A DNA stretch of 64,000 nucleotides, from contig OZ336880.1 of assembly GCA_965287045.1 (NCBI GenBank), positions 4,960,001 through 5,024,000 of the forward strand, written 5' to 3'. The stretch is from Carcharhinus amblyrhynchos (Eukaryota). Position 1 is the stretch's first letter; every line of letters begins with the position of its first letter. Under the pieces are notes generated by a model. It did not search any database. It was not told the origin of the DNA and saw only the letters and a list, made by a program, of their open reading frames with translations. This document shows, in pieces, positions 61,822-64,000 of this stretch. The position numbers and the translations under genes were made by a program.

Positions 61822-63075
61822 AACAACTTGCAATTATATAGTACCTTTAATAAGGTAAAAATATCCCAAGATACTTCACAGAAGCACTCACTAACAAAAT
61901 TTGACACCGATACACAAAGAGATAGGTTATTAAGACAGGTTATCAAATGTTTGGTCAAAACAGTGGATTTAAAGCAACATTTTTAAAGGACAAAAGAGTG
62001 GAAGCAAATTTCGGGAAGGAAGTCTGGAGCTTAGATCCTAGGCTACAGAAAGCATAGCTGCTAATGAGAGAATAATAAAAATCATGGATGTGCAAGAAGT
62101 TAGAATTGGATGAGTTCAGAGATCATGTAGGTTGTGGGACTGGACGACAGTACGGAGACAGGGACAGGGGAGATTATGGAGAGATTTGGAAACAAGGATG
62201 AATATTTTAAAACTGAAGTGTTACCAGTCTGTGAGCCATTATAATCATTGATCACAGGGGTGATGAGTGAACAGAAATTTGTGTGAATTAGATTAAAGGT
62301 ATTAAGAGTTTTGGATGAGCCCGAGTTGTGTGAACGATGGGAGACTGGTTGCAAGAACACTGTGATAATCAGGTAACAAAAGCATGAATGAGGGTTTCAG
62401 CAGCAGGGACAGCTGAGCCAGGAGCTGAAGTGAGCATTGTCACAGAGTTGGAAGTAGATCTTGGTGATGGAGTGGATGAGGTTGACAGCTCAACTCAGAA
62501 TCCAACAGAATCAAGACTGTGAATGTTCTAATTCAGACTGAGATAGTAATCATAGAGGGAAACTGTCAGTGACTGGGAACTGGAGTTTGCAATGGCCTGA
62601 ACTTTCCAATATTGGCTGGAAAATATTTCCATTCATCCAGTACTGGTTATCAGATAAGGAATGTGACAAATCAGAGGAAATGGTGGGATGGAAGAGGTGG
62701 TAGTGAGATAGATCCATGGGGGACACCATACGTAATAGTGCGGGAGAGGGAAGAACCACCAGAAATAATACTCTAGTCATGACTGGATAGATAAAAATGT
62801 AAGCAAGGGAAAGCTGGTTGTGGTCAAGTGTGTCAAAGGTTGGAAGAAAGCTGAGAGGATAAGAAGGATAGTTTACCATGGTTACAGTCACAAAATATGT
62901 TATAAATAACTTTAATAAGAGGAGTTTTAGTACTTTGACAGGTATGGAAACATGATTGGAAGGATTCAAAACAGAGGCCTTGGAAAGATGGGGATGGATC
63001 TGGAAGGCAGCAACATGTTCAAGAACTTTGGAGAGGAAAAGGAAAGTGGAAATAGGTGGAAGTTTGCAAAGACAC
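61822..63075 (-). mobile_element. Old L2-type LINE (RT remnant to 3' tail)
   Basis: Tail aacaacttgcaattatatagtacctttaa; minus frame PISTFLFLSKVLEHVAAFQI and TFDTLDH match L2 RT motifs. Confidence 0.8.
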
Positions 63076-63784
63076 AGCGTCATGTTTGGGATTCTTGAGT
63101 CTTTTTATCAGTTAATAACAGTAAAATTAATGAACATTTTAAAAATTTCTATTCCATTTCAAGTACTCATTTATCAAATGTTCAATTAAGCAGAAATTCC
63201 GATGTTTATAATTATCTTTCCTTTGGATTATATAAGGGAAATTAGCTGGTGGTATGACAAGGTTATTGTCACTATGGTTGACTGCATGATAGATTAGCGG
63301 GAAGTGGCACTACTTACCCTATCAGCTTACTGAAACATAGCATCGCGTTGACTTTGGGTCTGCTTAGAAAGTTTAGATAAATGACAAACTATCATTGACT
63401 GATGGAGCAGAAAGTCCAAACCTCTCAGAGCAATGTATTCACTAACGTAAGGAGAAGAACTTCTCATGTGGTGCTAGAAGCTTGAATGTGCAATAATAAT
63501 GTCATTCTCTGCAATGCATATTCGCTAAAATGAAACAGAAGAATGTCCAAATATACAAAAAAAATCTATGATATAAATTGCTTGACATGAGGTGCTTGAG
63601 CTGCTTGTATATTCTGTTGAATTCTACTTAAAGAGTTTGGAAACCTGACAAACATTATAAATTTCTACGACATCAAACTTTAATCACTTTGCTTCTGAAA
63701 GCAAGACTTGTGCTAGTGCGCAGTTCCACTGTATCTCCATTACCTTGTCCAAAGATCTGTTCTGCATGTGAGGATATTAGACAG

Positions 63785-63865
63785 ACTTTAAGTTTTAAAG
63801 TTTATTTATCAGTCACAAGTGAGATATACCTTAACAGTGCAATGAAGTTACAGTGAAATTCCTCT
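63785..63865 (-). mobile_element. SINE tail fragment (same tail as 24749-25070)
   Basis: tttatttatcagtcacaagt...tgcaatgaagttacagtgaaattcc is the reverse complement of the 24985-25055 tail. Confidence 0.7.
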
Positions 63866-64000
63866 TTACTGTTAACCAATCATTTGTATATGCTCACTAA
63901 TGTTCTGGTCCAAGATTCTTTGGCCACTTTATGCACAGAAAATATTTGATATGATCCAGAAAGATGAGATTTTCCTTTATATAGAACCTTTCACGATCAC

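Noticed and set aside
1-64000. Novel multi-gene system (retron, DGR or defence-like RT cassette)
   Set aside because: All RT, integrase and transposase sequences fit known eukaryotic TE clades and are scattered remnants within introns; there is no operon-like organisation.

Overview
This is eukaryotic, repeat-rich DNA from a cartilaginous fish; HE1-type SINEs, CR1/HER1-type LINEs and a Deu-domain SINE point to a shark. It lies inside a minus-strand ELK-subfamily (Kv12) voltage-gated potassium channel gene, best matching KCNH3. Only two coding exons are visible: 59510-59667 (158 nt, S2-S3) and 51734-51941 (208 nt, S4-S5). I could not find the next pore-loop exon, so 1-51733 appears to be part of one very large intron. 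The intronic DNA is a layered archive of mobile elements. It holds three near-identical young CR1 LINEs (two forming a ~1.25 kb inverted repeat) plus a more diverged sister copy. It also holds a GalEa-like Ty1/copia LTR element with a 5' LTR, a tRNA-iMet PBS and an internal inverted protease fragment. Other elements are three Gypsy remnants, two Harbinger transposon remnants with many 14-bp-TIR/3-bp-TSD MITEs, Rex1/Babar and L2 LINE fragments, SINEs, and a TSD-flanked palindrome with a degenerate hammerhead-like core near an exon. I see no convincing previously undescribed multi-gene system; the most unusual signals are structural (nesting, inverted repeats, the hairpin insert). Boundaries of old repeats are read by eye and approximate.
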